Source: Candidatus Lindowbacteria bacterium RIFCSPLOWO2_12_FULL_62_27
Lineage (GTDB): Bacteria > Lindowbacteria > 2-12-FULL-62-27
NCBI GenBank assembly: GCA_001784175.1
Contig: MFPR01000002.1
Span: 1-64,000 of the forward strand
DNA: 64,000 nucleotides
Direction: 5' to 3'
Part shown: positions 27,658 to 36,296 of the stretch, piece after piece
How the letters are laid out: each line of letters opens with the position of its first letter
Numbering within the stretch: position 1 is the stretch's first letter
Program-made: the position numbers and the translations under genes
Notes under the pieces: generated by a model
The model's input: the letters and a program-made list of their open reading frames with translations, nothing else
Told to the model about the DNA's origin: nothing
Databases searched by the model: none

Positions 27658-29090
27658 TTTGACGCGGCCATCTGTTTGGCGAGGTGGACGGCGCGGAGGA
27701 GGGCGCGGGCCTTGTTCTGGGTTTCCATGAACTCGCGTTTGGAGATGGAGTCGTGGACGATGCCCGCGCCGGCCTGGACATAGGCGACGTTGTTTTGCGC
27801 GAGGATGGTCCGGATCGTGATGCAGAGGTCCATGTGGCCGCCCGCGCCGAAGTACCCGACGGCGCCGGCGTAGGGTCCGCGCCGGGTGGGTTCGAGTTCA
27901 TCGATGATTTCCATGGCCCGGATTTTGGGCGCCCCGGTCACGGTGCCGGCGGGAAAAGCGGCGGCGAATACGTCGAAGGCGTCCTTGCCGGGCCGCAGGA
28001 TTCCCTCGACCTGGCTGACGAGGTGCATGACGGCGGAGTATCGTTCGATGGTGAAAGCCTCCGTGGTCTGAACAGACCCGAACTGCGCGACGGCGCCGAC
28101 ATCGTTTCGGCCGAGGTCGACGAGCATGAGGTGTTCGGCGCGTTCTTTGGGATCGGCGCGGAGTTCCCGTTCGAGGTCGCGGTCCTCGGCGTCGGTCCGG
28201 CCCCGCCGCCGGGTCCCCGCGATCGGCCGGAGATACACCTTGCCGGATTTGAGCTGTACGAGTATTTCGGGCGACGAACCGACGAGCGAGAAATCGGGGT
28301 ATTTCAAATAGAACATGTACGGAGAGGGATTCAGGGCCCGGAGCGCGCGGTAGAGCCAGAAGGGGTCGCTGCGGAACTCCGTCTGAAACCGCTGGGACAG
28401 CACCACCTGAAAAATATCGCCGGCCCGAATATAGGATTGCGCCTTGCGCACCATCCGGTCGAACCGTCGCCGGGACATGTTGGATGAAACTCCTCCATTC
28501 CGGCCGGCGTCTTCGGCTGTCTCGAACAGTTCAAAGCCTGTGCGAGTCTTGCGGATTTTTCGAATCAGCGCGTCCGCATAGGCCTTGGCGGCCGCCTCCC
28601 GGCCGCGGCGGTGGTGAATGAAGAGGCTGATGCGCTGGAGCAGGTGATCAAACGCGACGAGGGCCCGCGGCAGGACGAGCATGGTGTCGGGGATGTCGAG
28701 CCCGCACGGCGGCGCGTCGGGCAGGCGCTCGAGGAGCCGGACGATGTCGTATCCGATGTATCCGACGAGCCCGCTGGAGAGCGGATAGTCGGGGTCGGCG
28801 GTGACGTTCTGGAAGGTCTGTCTGAAAAATTCGCGGAGGGTTTCCAGCCCCCTGTGATCGAGGCTTTCAAATACGGCCCGGTCCCGGGTCGGATCGAGGA
28901 CGCTGACGCGATTTGCGTCGATCCGGACAACGCGTTCGGGATCGAGCCCGACAAAGGAATACCGCCCGACCCGTTCGCCCCCCACGACGCTTTCGAGGAG
29001 AAACGAATACGGCCGGTTGGCGAGATGCTTGTAAAACAGCACCGGCGTCACGGCGTCCACTCTGATATCCCGGCGATAGACCTGGTACAT
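27654..29090 (-). CDS. trpE: Anthranilate synthase component I
   Basis: LLES, GRYSF, NPSPYMF, PIAGT, EHLMLVDLGRND, FPAGTVTGAPK. Confidence 0.95.
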   Translation of the reverse strand: MYQVYRRDIRVDAVTPVLFYKHLANRPYSFLLESVVGGERVGRYSFVGLDPERVVRIDANRVSVLDPTRDRAVFESLDHRGLETLREFFRQTFQNVTADPDYPLSSGLVGYIGYDIVRLLERLPDAPPCGLDIPDTMLVLPRALVAFDHLLQRISLFIHHRRGREAAAKAYADALIRKIRKTRTGFELFETAEDAGRNGGVSSNMSRRRFDRMVRKAQSYIRAGDIFQVVLSQRFQTEFRSDPFWLYRALRALNPSPYMFYLKYPDFSLVGSSPEILVQLKSGKVYLRPIAGTRRRGRTDAEDRDLERELRADPKERAEHLMLVDLGRNDVGAVAQFGSVQTTEAFTIERYSAVMHLVSQVEGILRPGKDAFDVFAAAFPAGTVTGAPKIRAMEIIDELEPTRRGPYAGAVGYFGAGGHMDLCITIRTILAQNNVAYVQAGAGIVHDSISKREFMETQNKARALLRAVHLAKQMAASK

Positions 29091-29097
29091 AGCGGGA

Positions 29098-29106
29098 ACT
29101 ATATCA
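29098..29106 (-). promoter_or_regulatory. Extended -10 promoter TGATATAGT, 7 nt before the trpE ATG (leaderless geometry)
   Basis: Minus strand reads TTTTTGATATAGTTCCCGCTATG; no SD. Confidence 0.6.
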
Positions 29107-29142
29107 AAAATCGGGGAGGCTGAAAACAGAGAACCGCCGGAA

Positions 29143-29197
29143 CCCCCTCACCCTGGCCCTCTCCCCACAAGGGGGAGAGGGGAGGGTAGGGTAGGGA
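29143..29197. repeat. REP-like palindrome CCCCCTCACCCTGGCCCTCTCCCCACAAGGGGGAGAGGG directly after the flagellin stop
   Basis: Differs from the reverse complement of 1355-1391 by two single-base indels. Confidence 0.85.
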
Positions 29198-30061
29198 TTA
29201 AAAGCGGAACAGCTGCAGGACGTTTTGCGAGACCAGGTTGGCCTGTGCGAGCATGGCGGTGGAGGCTTGGAGGAGAATCTGCTCCCTCGTGAAGTTGACG
29301 ATTTCTGCGGCGACGTCGGCGTCGCGGATGGAGCTTTCCGTCGCCAGGTGCGCGTTGGCCTCGATGTCGACCATGTTCTTGGCCGTCTCAAGCCTGCGTT
29401 CGACCCCGCCGACCCGCGCGCGCCGGGAGAGAAGCCGGCTGATGGAACTGTTCAGCAGGAGGACCGCGTTGGAGGCTTTGAGCTGGGAGGTGATATCAAG
29501 TCCGTTCACGCCCAGTGATTTGGCCGAGGTGGTCGAAAGAAAGGTGCTCAACTTCGCGCCGCTGTAGGCGCCGACATGAAACACCAAACTTCCCACAAAG
29601 GACCCGCCGCCGATGAGCGCGCCGGTGGGGCCGATGGAGGAGAATGCGCCGTTGAGGAGCTTGATTCCGTTGAACCTCACGGCCGTCGCCAACCGGTCGA
29701 TTTCTGTGATGAGGGTGTTGATTTCGGTCTGGTTCTTCTGGCGGTCGCTGGTGGACAGCGCGCCGTTGGTTGATTCGATCGCCAGGTCGCGGATGTCCTG
29801 GAGAATGCCGACGGATTCTGTCATTCCGTCGAAGGCTGTCTGGATGAAATTGGTGGCCAGGGTGATGTTCTGAGATGCCTGCTGCAGCGCCCGGACCTGC
29901 GTGCGGAACTTGTCAGCCAGCGCGAGTCCGGACGGATCGTCGGACGCGCGGTTGATGCGGTATCCCGAAGCGAGCCGTTCGAGGGCCCGGGTCAGGAGCT
30001 GATTGTGGATTCCGATGTAACGCTGGACGGAAAAAGCGCCCAGATTGGTGAGTGTCGCCAT
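29198..30061 (-). CDS. fliC: Flagellin, short type (287 aa, lacks D2/D3)
   Basis: LERLASGYRINRASDDPSGLA; FNGIKLLNG; ESSIRDADVAAEIVNFTREQILLQASTAMLAQAN. Confidence 0.96.
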   Translation of the reverse strand: MATLTNLGAFSVQRYIGIHNQLLTRALERLASGYRINRASDDPSGLALADKFRTQVRALQQASQNITLATNFIQTAFDGMTESVGILQDIRDLAIESTNGALSTSDRQKNQTEINTLITEIDRLATAVRFNGIKLLNGAFSSIGPTGALIGGGSFVGSLVFHVGAYSGAKLSTFLSTTSAKSLGVNGLDITSQLKASNAVLLLNSSISRLLSRRARVGGVERRLETAKNMVDIEANAHLATESSIRDADVAAEIVNFTREQILLQASTAMLAQANLVSQNVLQLFRF

Positions 30062-30067
30062 GGTCAG

Positions 30068-30111
30068 GTTCCTCCCTCCGTGGAATAAAATCCCTCTCCT
30101 TCCGGAGAGGG
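30068..30111 (-). promoter_or_regulatory. Putative CsrA-binding GGA hairpins overlapping the flagellin SD
   Basis: Minus strand CCCTCTCC-GGAA-GGAGAGGG then TTCCACGGAGGGAGGAA just before the ATG; same arrangement as CsrA-regulated hag/flaB leaders. Confidence 0.55.
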
Positions 30112-30256
30112 CCGGCGTTTCAAATCATAGATGTCTTGTGGCGTTGATCCCCGAACTTACTTGCTGATAACCCGATCCTGCTGGGGCGGACGGCTGGCGG
30201 CAGACGCCTCGCATCTTTCCGGGTGCGGCATATATTGCAAACAATTCCTAATCATC

Positions 30257-30283
30257 TTATCGGCGTGTTTGGGTGAAACTTTA
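30257..30283 (-). promoter_or_regulatory. sigma28 (FliA/SigD) promoter TAAAGTTT-N11-GCCGATAA
   Basis: Perfect consensus upstream of flagellin. Confidence 0.92.
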
Positions 30284-30310
30284 GGGGAAAATCAAAAGAA
30301 ATTGAAAATC

Positions 30311-30859
30311 TTACCGGAAGCTGGCCGTGGCCAGGGGGAGATGGGTCGAACCTGAGGGGGACAGGAGGCTTTCGTAGAGGCCGACGCTGGAGAAGCGGGC
30401 CGCGAGGGGGTCAAAGGCCGGCAGTAGGTCCGGCGGCGGCGCGGGGCCGCGCCGGACTCGACTGATGGTCAGGTGGGGGTGATAGGGGCGTGGTTCCGGA
30501 GGAATGCCGTGGCCGGCGAGCCAGCGTTCAAGGCATTGAAAGAGGGCCAGAAAGGGGTCGGGCGGGGTGACTTGGAGAAACAGAACGCGGGGATTCTTGA
30601 GATTCGGAAATGCGCCCAGAGGGCCGATTTGCGCGGCGATCCCAGGCAAGGATTGGACGGCCGATTCCCATCCTTGAAGTTTGAGGAGTCCGTCCGCCGA
30701 AGTTTCCCCGAGGAACCTGAGCGTGATGTGAAGGAGACCGGGGTTCACCCACGAGACTTTTCCGCCTCTGAACACCGGGCGAATGATCCCGAGATACTCC
30801 GCGACCTTTGCCCGACTCTCCGGGTCGAGCGGGAGTCCGAAGAAAAGTCTTTTACTCAG
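30311..30859 (-). CDS. thpR: RNA 2',3'-cyclic phosphodiesterase (2H family); probable CTG start
   Basis: Two HxT motifs (LHITLRFLG, YHPHLTISR); the conserved N-terminal KRLFFGL lies upstream of the first GTG (30775). Confidence 0.88.
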   Translation of the reverse strand: MSKRLFFGLPLDPESRAKVAEYLGIIRPVFRGGKVSWVNPGLLHITLRFLGETSADGLLKLQGWESAVQSLPGIAAQIGPLGAFPNLKNPRVLFLQVTPPDPFLALFQCLERWLAGHGIPPEPRPYHPHLTISRVRRGPAPPPDLLPAFDPLAARFSSVGLYESLLSPSGSTHLPLATASFR

Positions 30860-32787
30860 GGTTGCAGCATGACGCTGAGATCAACGTCGAGGTCCCCCTG
30901 CTTGGAGATGAGGCGGTCGAAATTCTTTTTAGGGACGGCGCTGTCTTTCCGTCCTTGGGTCACGGCGATCTGGGTGGCTTTGAAATAGAAACGCAGCGCC
31001 TGGTCACGGTTGCCGAGCAGCTCATAGATGACCCCGCGGTTGTTTTGGATGGCGGTGGCCCGGCTGCCCTTGGACTGCATATTCAGGAGGATGGTCTCCG
31101 CGAGTTCCATTTGTTTGAGGTGGATGAGGCACGCGGAGACGCGAAAGAGGAAGGGATCGGTTGGCGCGATGTTGGCGAGGAGCGGCTTCCAGGCCTCGAG
31201 CGCCTCCCGGTGCCGCCGCAGCCTGAAATAGGCCTCGCCGAGGGTGCGGAAGAAATCCTTGTCCTCGAACTTGAGGGTCCGCGCCTGCTCGAGATACTTG
31301 AGTCCGGCCTCATACTCGCCATAGGTGTGGACGAAGATTTTCCCCATGAGGACGTAGAGGGGCGCATACTTGGGATTAATGACGCGAATGCGCTGAAGTT
31401 CCTCGATGGCGGTGCGGATGTTTCCGAGTTCATAGTTGGAGACCGCGCGCAGATGGTACATGTCGAGGGTGGGGCTGGGGGCCTCTTTCAGTGTCCGTGT
31501 GATCTGCTCGCCGGCGAGGTAATACTTTCCGAGTCCGATCTGGCTTTTGGCAAGGAAGTACCCGGCTTCCCACAGGGTGGGATCCTTTTCGAAAGCCTGT
31601 TTGAGGTATCCTTCGGCGGCGGAGAATTTCTCGTCCGAATAGTAGATCTTGCCGAGGTCGAGCAATTTCTGCGCCTCCGGAATATCCTTTTTGACCTCGG
31701 TCAGTTGATGCTGGAGGGTGAGGGCCTGGCTGTAGTTTTTGAGATCGATGTAGATGTCGCGCGACAGCTCGAGGGCCGGCACGTAGTTGCGGTCGCGCGC
31801 GAGGACGTCCGCGATGCGGCGCTGAGCCTTGGGGATGTCCTGTTTCTTGTAGTAGGCGGTGGCGAGGAGGGTGAGGGCCTCGAGGTTGTCGGGGTCGATG
31901 ACGAGCGTATTTTTGGCGTTGTTTTCCGCCTCATCGATGCGCCCCTGGAGGATGTAAATGCGCGCGATCCGGTTGAGGGCATGGACGTAGACAGGCGCGA
32001 TCTCGAAGGCCTTACGGGCGAAGCCGAGGCTATGGGGGATATCTTTGTTCTCGAGCGCGATGTCGGACAATTTCATGAATTTTTCCTTCGTCATTCCGAA
32101 CGTTTCGGACTTGAGGAGGTGTTGATCGGCGTCGGCGTAGCGTTTTTCCTTCACGGCGGAGACCAGGAGGTGGTAGTAGTAGGCGCGAAGGGACGGCTGG
32201 ATGAGGTAGGTGAAGAAGAGGAAAGAAAGGAGCGCGGCCGCGGCGATGCCGAGGGAGGTTTTGGCGTAAAACCTCTTGCGCTTTTCCGACAACTTTTCCG
32301 GCTCGACCACCACGACTTCCTCGACCCCCGGTTTGGCCGGCGCCTGGTAGAGGGTGGTGATATCGGCCGGCGCGACGGCGATGGGCTCGCCCGGCACGGG
32401 CGCGACTTGGGTTTCGGGTTCCTCCCAGGCCTCCTCGATTTCGTCGAAGGTGGCGGCGGTGACGGGTTCGGCGGGCGCAGCGAGGGCGGATGCGAGGGCG
32501 GTTTCCATGTCCTCCATCTCCATCTTTTCCTCGGCGAGTTTGGCCTCCTCCTCGGCCTTGGCGGCCTCGACGTGTTCGGTGAGGGAAGCGGAGGAGAGAA
32601 GCTGTTCGAGGTCGGCGGCCATTTCATCGACCTGGGACATTTTTTCCCCGACGGCGTCGCGGGAGGATGCCGAGGGCGCGGCGGACTTCTTTTCCTTTTC
32701 CTCCTCCTCGGCCTTCTTGGGCGCGGGCTCAGAAAGCCCGGCCATCAGGTCTTCAAGCGCTTTTTCGTATGCGTCCTTTTCCGCCAT
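30856..32787 (-). CDS. Membrane-anchored TPR protein (acidic cytoplasmic N-terminus, one TM, TPR array)
   Basis: TM LGIAAAALLSFLFFTYLI followed by about ten TPR-like units; SD GGAGAAG. Confidence 0.85.
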   Translation of the reverse strand: MAEKDAYEKALEDLMAGLSEPAPKKAEEEEKEKKSAAPSASSRDAVGEKMSQVDEMAADLEQLLSSASLTEHVEAAKAEEEAKLAEEKMEMEDMETALASALAAPAEPVTAATFDEIEEAWEEPETQVAPVPGEPIAVAPADITTLYQAPAKPGVEEVVVVEPEKLSEKRKRFYAKTSLGIAAAALLSFLFFTYLIQPSLRAYYYHLLVSAVKEKRYADADQHLLKSETFGMTKEKFMKLSDIALENKDIPHSLGFARKAFEIAPVYVHALNRIARIYILQGRIDEAENNAKNTLVIDPDNLEALTLLATAYYKKQDIPKAQRRIADVLARDRNYVPALELSRDIYIDLKNYSQALTLQHQLTEVKKDIPEAQKLLDLGKIYYSDEKFSAAEGYLKQAFEKDPTLWEAGYFLAKSQIGLGKYYLAGEQITRTLKEAPSPTLDMYHLRAVSNYELGNIRTAIEELQRIRVINPKYAPLYVLMGKIFVHTYGEYEAGLKYLEQARTLKFEDKDFFRTLGEAYFRLRRHREALEAWKPLLANIAPTDPFLFRVSACLIHLKQMELAETILLNMQSKGSRATAIQNNRGVIYELLGNRDQALRFYFKATQIAVTQGRKDSAVPKKNFDRLISKQGDLDVDLSVMLQP

Positions 32788-32874
32788 CCGGTTCTTCTCC
32801 TGCGATGATGGTATACCTCTACGTTACTTATCGGCCAGATACATCCTATAGTACAGGCGGGCGGGAGTCAAAAA

Positions 32875-33606
32875 TCAGAGATACAGGAGGCGGTGGCAGA
32901 TGTCGCAGCGGGAGAGGGATAGGCGTTTTTTCATGTTGATGACGATCTGGTGCGAGACCGGCGAATTGCAGGCCGAGCAGTAATAGGTGTTGTCTTCGGC
33001 GGAGAGCCTGGAGAGGATGCGGCCTTCCGGCAGGGCCGCGCGGAGTTTCTTGTATTCTCTGAGGGCGTCCTCCGGCAGCGCCTGGAGGCGCGTCTGGGAG
33101 TCAACGTTCGCGGCTTGGGACTGGTCCTGGAGGGCCTTTTCGGTGGCGGCGAGGGCGTCGAGTTCCAGTCGGATCTCCTTTTTTTTCAATTCGGCGGCCT
33201 GTTTGTCGCGTTTGACGAGATTTTTAAGTTCGGAGATCTCGTCCATGAGGAGGAGGATTTTCTCCTCGAGTTTGCCGCGCTCGGCGTTGGCGAGTTCGAT
33301 TTCCTCCTTGAGGGCGTCGTATTCCTTCTGTGTTTTGACGCTGTTGAGCTTGACCTTTTTGTCGGCCTCCTGGGTCTGGGAGGTTTTGCAGTCGAGTTCG
33401 AGGGTGGAGATGGATTTTTCCTTGACAGAGATCGACTGTTCCTTCTCGGACAGGGATCGGTCCAATCGCGCAAGTTCGGCATTGAGCCGCTCGCGCCGCG
33501 CGGGTATTTCCTTCAGGCGCTCGTCGATCTCCCTGCGTTTCTGATCCAGTTCCTCAATGGCAAGGAGAAGCGAGAGGTCCGGCAAAGTCTGAGGTTTCGT
33601 AGTCAT
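32875..33606 (-). CDS. Coiled-coil plus C4 zinc-ribbon protein (DUF164/HP0958-FlgZ/CdsZ family)
   Basis: Long coiled coil, KTQKEYDALKEEIE, CSAC...CDICHRLLY. Confidence 0.88.
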   Translation of the reverse strand: MTTKPQTLPDLSLLLAIEELDQKRREIDERLKEIPARRERLNAELARLDRSLSEKEQSISVKEKSISTLELDCKTSQTQEADKKVKLNSVKTQKEYDALKEEIELANAERGKLEEKILLLMDEISELKNLVKRDKQAAELKKKEIRLELDALAATEKALQDQSQAANVDSQTRLQALPEDALREYKKLRAALPEGRILSRLSAEDNTYYCSACNSPVSHQIVINMKKRLSLSRCDICHRLLYL

Positions 33607-33655
33607 ATGCGTTTTTTTTCAAACAGCCTCTATATGAAGTACGGGCCACCCTCCC

Positions 33656-33729
33656 TGGGCCCGGCAGGCCTCGAACCTGCGACCGGGGCATTATGAGTGC
33701 CCTGCTCTGACCGACTGAGCTACGGGCCC
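33656..33729 (-). tRNA. tRNA with CAT anticodon, most likely tRNA-Ile2 (lysidine-modified)
   Basis: GGGCCCG acceptor (C4, C5), GGGCA-CTCATAA-TGCCC, paired 1-72 so not an initiator. Confidence 0.88.
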
Positions 33730-33846
33730 TATAACTGAACAGTTTGCCTTTCCGGGGCGAAAAACACAATGAGGATTTTCACTAACCTGTATACCGGGGA
33801 GTTCAGACGATATGGAAACCGCCTGAAATCAGGTAAGGTATCCTGC

Positions 33847-35628
33847 ATGGAGAAGGCGACAGGCGGGACGGCGATGCGAAATTTGCGATTCAAGCAGATC
33901 AGATATGACCTCAAGAAAAAGATAGCGGTGGTTCTGGGCGGGATGGTGCTGGTCAGCACCGCCCTTCTGCTTATTTTTTCTTTTTTCTGGAGCCATTACC
34001 AGGAGAAGCTGTTTATCCGGAAAAGCGTCCTGGCATCCGTGTCCGGCGTCCGCGCGTTCATGGCCAGACAGAACAACTGGAAATCCGTGACCAACCTGCG
34101 GGAACTGAGGCTCATCCTGAAATCCGTCATCGACTCGAATCCCTACATCTACCAGGTCATCGTCTATGACGATGCCGGCGGCGTGGCCACCTACATGTCA
34201 AAGACCGAATCAGAAGAAACGGCGCCGTCCGACGCGCCGCGCGCGGAGCTCGACCGGCAAAACAGGGACCGGGGATATGCCTTCGTGACCGTCCGAGCCT
34301 ACAAGCGCCGATCCCTGCTGGGGTACGTAAAGGCCGAGCTGAAGCCGGAGCGGATGGATCTGGAGACGACCGTGCTGCCGAGCGTGCTGGTGATCGTGGT
34401 CATGCTGATTCTGTGTCTGTCCCTGACCTATTACTGGGCAGCGCGGATCTCGAGGCCGCTCAGGGAAGTAATCCAGGTTGCCGACGAAGTCGCCGAGGGA
34501 AAGTCGTTTCGCGAAGTGAAGGCTTCGGGTTCGGACGAAGCCGGTGTGATTGCCGGGCTGTTCAACGACATCAACCGGAGGCTCCAGCATCGCATCGACG
34601 ATCTGGAAAAATTGAACCGGCTGGCCATCGACATCAACTCGGAGCTTGACCGAGTCCTGCTGCACAACATCATCGTCACGAAATTCGCGGAAGCCACCGG
34701 CGCGCGCAAAGTGGCCCTGCTGCTCTGCGGCGCCGATCAGAAATCGCCGAGCGTCGCCGCCGGCATCAACCTGATCAATCCGAAGGTTTCCCTGGACATG
34801 GACGGCGGTCTGGCGGCAAAGGCGATTTCGACCCGGGGCCATGTCCAGACCGGCGACATCAGCGGGCATCCGGAACATGCGCTGTTCTACGAAGACAAGG
34901 CGCACATTCCGTCCAACGCCTGGTATCTGGTCCTTCCCCTGACCGCGCAGGGGAAGATTCTCGGGGTGGTGATTGTCGGGGAGCCGGAGCACGCGACCGA
35001 CCACGGCTATGACCGCGAAACCGTGTACTTGTACCAGACGTTCGCGACGGCCGCCGGCAGCGCGCTCGAAAACGCGCGGCTGTATGAACTCGCCATCACC
35101 GACGAGCTGACCCGCGTCTACATCCGGCGGTTCTTCAATCAGCGCCTGACGGACGAGATCGATGCGTCCACGAAGAACCGGACGCCTCTGTCCCTCCTGA
35201 TGCTCGACATAGATCATTTCAAAAAAGTGAACGATACCTACGGCCACCAGGTGGGTGATGTTGTTCTCGTAGCGCTGGCCCGCATCCTGACCCAGACCGT
35301 CCGATCGATCGACGTCCGGGAAGCCGAGCGGCGCCGGGACATTGTCGCCAGGCTGGGCGGCGAGGAATTTTCGATCATCCTGCCGGGCACTTCCCTGTCC
35401 GCCGCCGCGGCCGTCGGCGAGAGAATCCGCGCCGCGGTCGAAACCTATCAGGACCTCAAATTCGAGGACGGCGGCGTTCTCACCTTCACCGTCAGCATCG
35501 GCGTCGCCGAATGGCCGGCCGGGCAGTCAGGCGAGGATCTGATCCGCGCCTCCGACGAAGCGCTGTATGAAGCGAAGCGCGCCGGCCGAAACCGCGTCGT
35601 CGCCTCCAAGCTTCAGGAGGCGGGGTAG
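33847..35628 (+). CDS. Membrane sensor diguanylate cyclase (2 TM, HAMP, GAF, GGEEF)
   Basis: ITDELT, LMLDIDHFKKVNDTYGHQVGD, RLGGEEF, ALYEAKRAGRNRV; start may be 33874. Confidence 0.93.
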   Translation: MEKATGGTAMRNLRFKQIRYDLKKKIAVVLGGMVLVSTALLLIFSFFWSHYQEKLFIRKSVLASVSGVRAFMARQNNWKSVTNLRELRLILKSVIDSNPYIYQVIVYDDAGGVATYMSKTESEETAPSDAPRAELDRQNRDRGYAFVTVRAYKRRSLLGYVKAELKPERMDLETTVLPSVLVIVVMLILCLSLTYYWAARISRPLREVIQVADEVAEGKSFREVKASGSDEAGVIAGLFNDINRRLQHRIDDLEKLNRLAIDINSELDRVLLHNIIVTKFAEATGARKVALLLCGADQKSPSVAAGINLINPKVSLDMDGGLAAKAISTRGHVQTGDISGHPEHALFYEDKAHIPSNAWYLVLPLTAQGKILGVVIVGEPEHATDHGYDRETVYLYQTFATAAGSALENARLYELAITDELTRVYIRRFFNQRLTDEIDASTKNRTPLSLLMLDIDHFKKVNDTYGHQVGDVVLVALARILTQTVRSIDVREAERRRDIVARLGGEEFSIILPGTSLSAAAAVGERIRAAVETYQDLKFEDGGVLTFTVSIGVAEWPAGQSGEDLIRASDEALYEAKRAGRNRVVASKLQEAG

Positions 35629-35645
35629 ACCAGGCCAAGGGATTT

Positions 35646-36296
35646 TCACTTGTTGCGGATGAGGGAATTCTGGAGGCGCTGGATTTCGTCACGGAGTTCG
35701 ATTCCTTCCCGGGTCGGTTCGACGCGGTCGGCGGTGATGTGGTAGAGGGCGAAGACGCTTTCGCCATAGACGTTTTCTCCGACCCGGATGCGTCCGGAGA
35801 CTTCCAGGGGCATGTCCTTGGCGAGTTTTGTGCCGCGACCGTCCGGGAAGGTGACGAAGATCATTTCGTTCATTTTCGGCATGATGCCGAAGCAACAGGC
35901 CTGCTGATTGGGGAGCAGGATGAAGGATCGGACCGTTCCTTCGGAGAAATCGATGGGCATCATGTAGCCGACCAGGGAGACCTTCTCCCCGTCGAGCGCC
36001 CGAACGGGCGCGGGGATCAGTTTTTTCTGCCTCAGGCGGGCGATGGCCGTTTCGGGGTCGGTGAAGATGTCCTCGTTGGAGATATCGTAGGTGAAGCCGG
36101 AGATATGGCTGAAGGCCAGTTTCCATCCGTCGCCGGCCTTGGCCAGCGTGTCGATGAGGCTGGTGTCGCGGCGCGGCGTCTGCTGAGAAATCTTTGGGTG
36201 CGTGTCAGCGGCAGACGGCGGCTTCTGCGCTGCCGTTGCGGGTCCGGGCGCCGCGAGGAAGCACGCTGCGACGAAAGCCGCTGTTGCCCGCATCAT
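35646..36296 (-). CDS. DUF3299-domain exported protein
   Basis: LDGEKVSLVGYMMP, FILLP..ACCFGIMP..N. Confidence 0.8.
   Translation of the reverse strand: MMRATAAFVAACFLAAPGPATAAQKPPSAADTHPKISQQTPRRDTSLIDTLAKAGDGWKLAFSHISGFTYDISNEDIFTDPETAIARLRQKKLIPAPVRALDGEKVSLVGYMMPIDFSEGTVRSFILLPNQQACCFGIMPKMNEMIFVTFPDGRGTKLAKDMPLEVSGRIRVGENVYGESVFALYHITADRVEPTREGIELRDEIQRLQNSLIRNK

Noticed and set aside
29091-29197. trp attenuator or intrinsic terminator
   Set aside because: No Trp-rich leader ORF; the hairpin is the REP-like repeat and lacks an adjacent U-tract
30062-30250. c-di-GMP riboswitch or sigma54 promoter in the flagellin leader
   Set aside because: No GEMM consensus seen, and the GG..GC spacing at 30227-30238 is 8 rather than 10 nt; an Rfam scan would be needed to exclude other RNAs
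30808-32808. 666-aa plus-strand ORF
   Set aside because: Antisense shadow of the TPR gene
33656-33729. tRNA-Met assignment for the CAT tRNA
   Set aside because: Paired 1-72 excludes the initiator; the C4/C5 acceptor pattern fits Ile2 better, though elongator Met is not fully excluded
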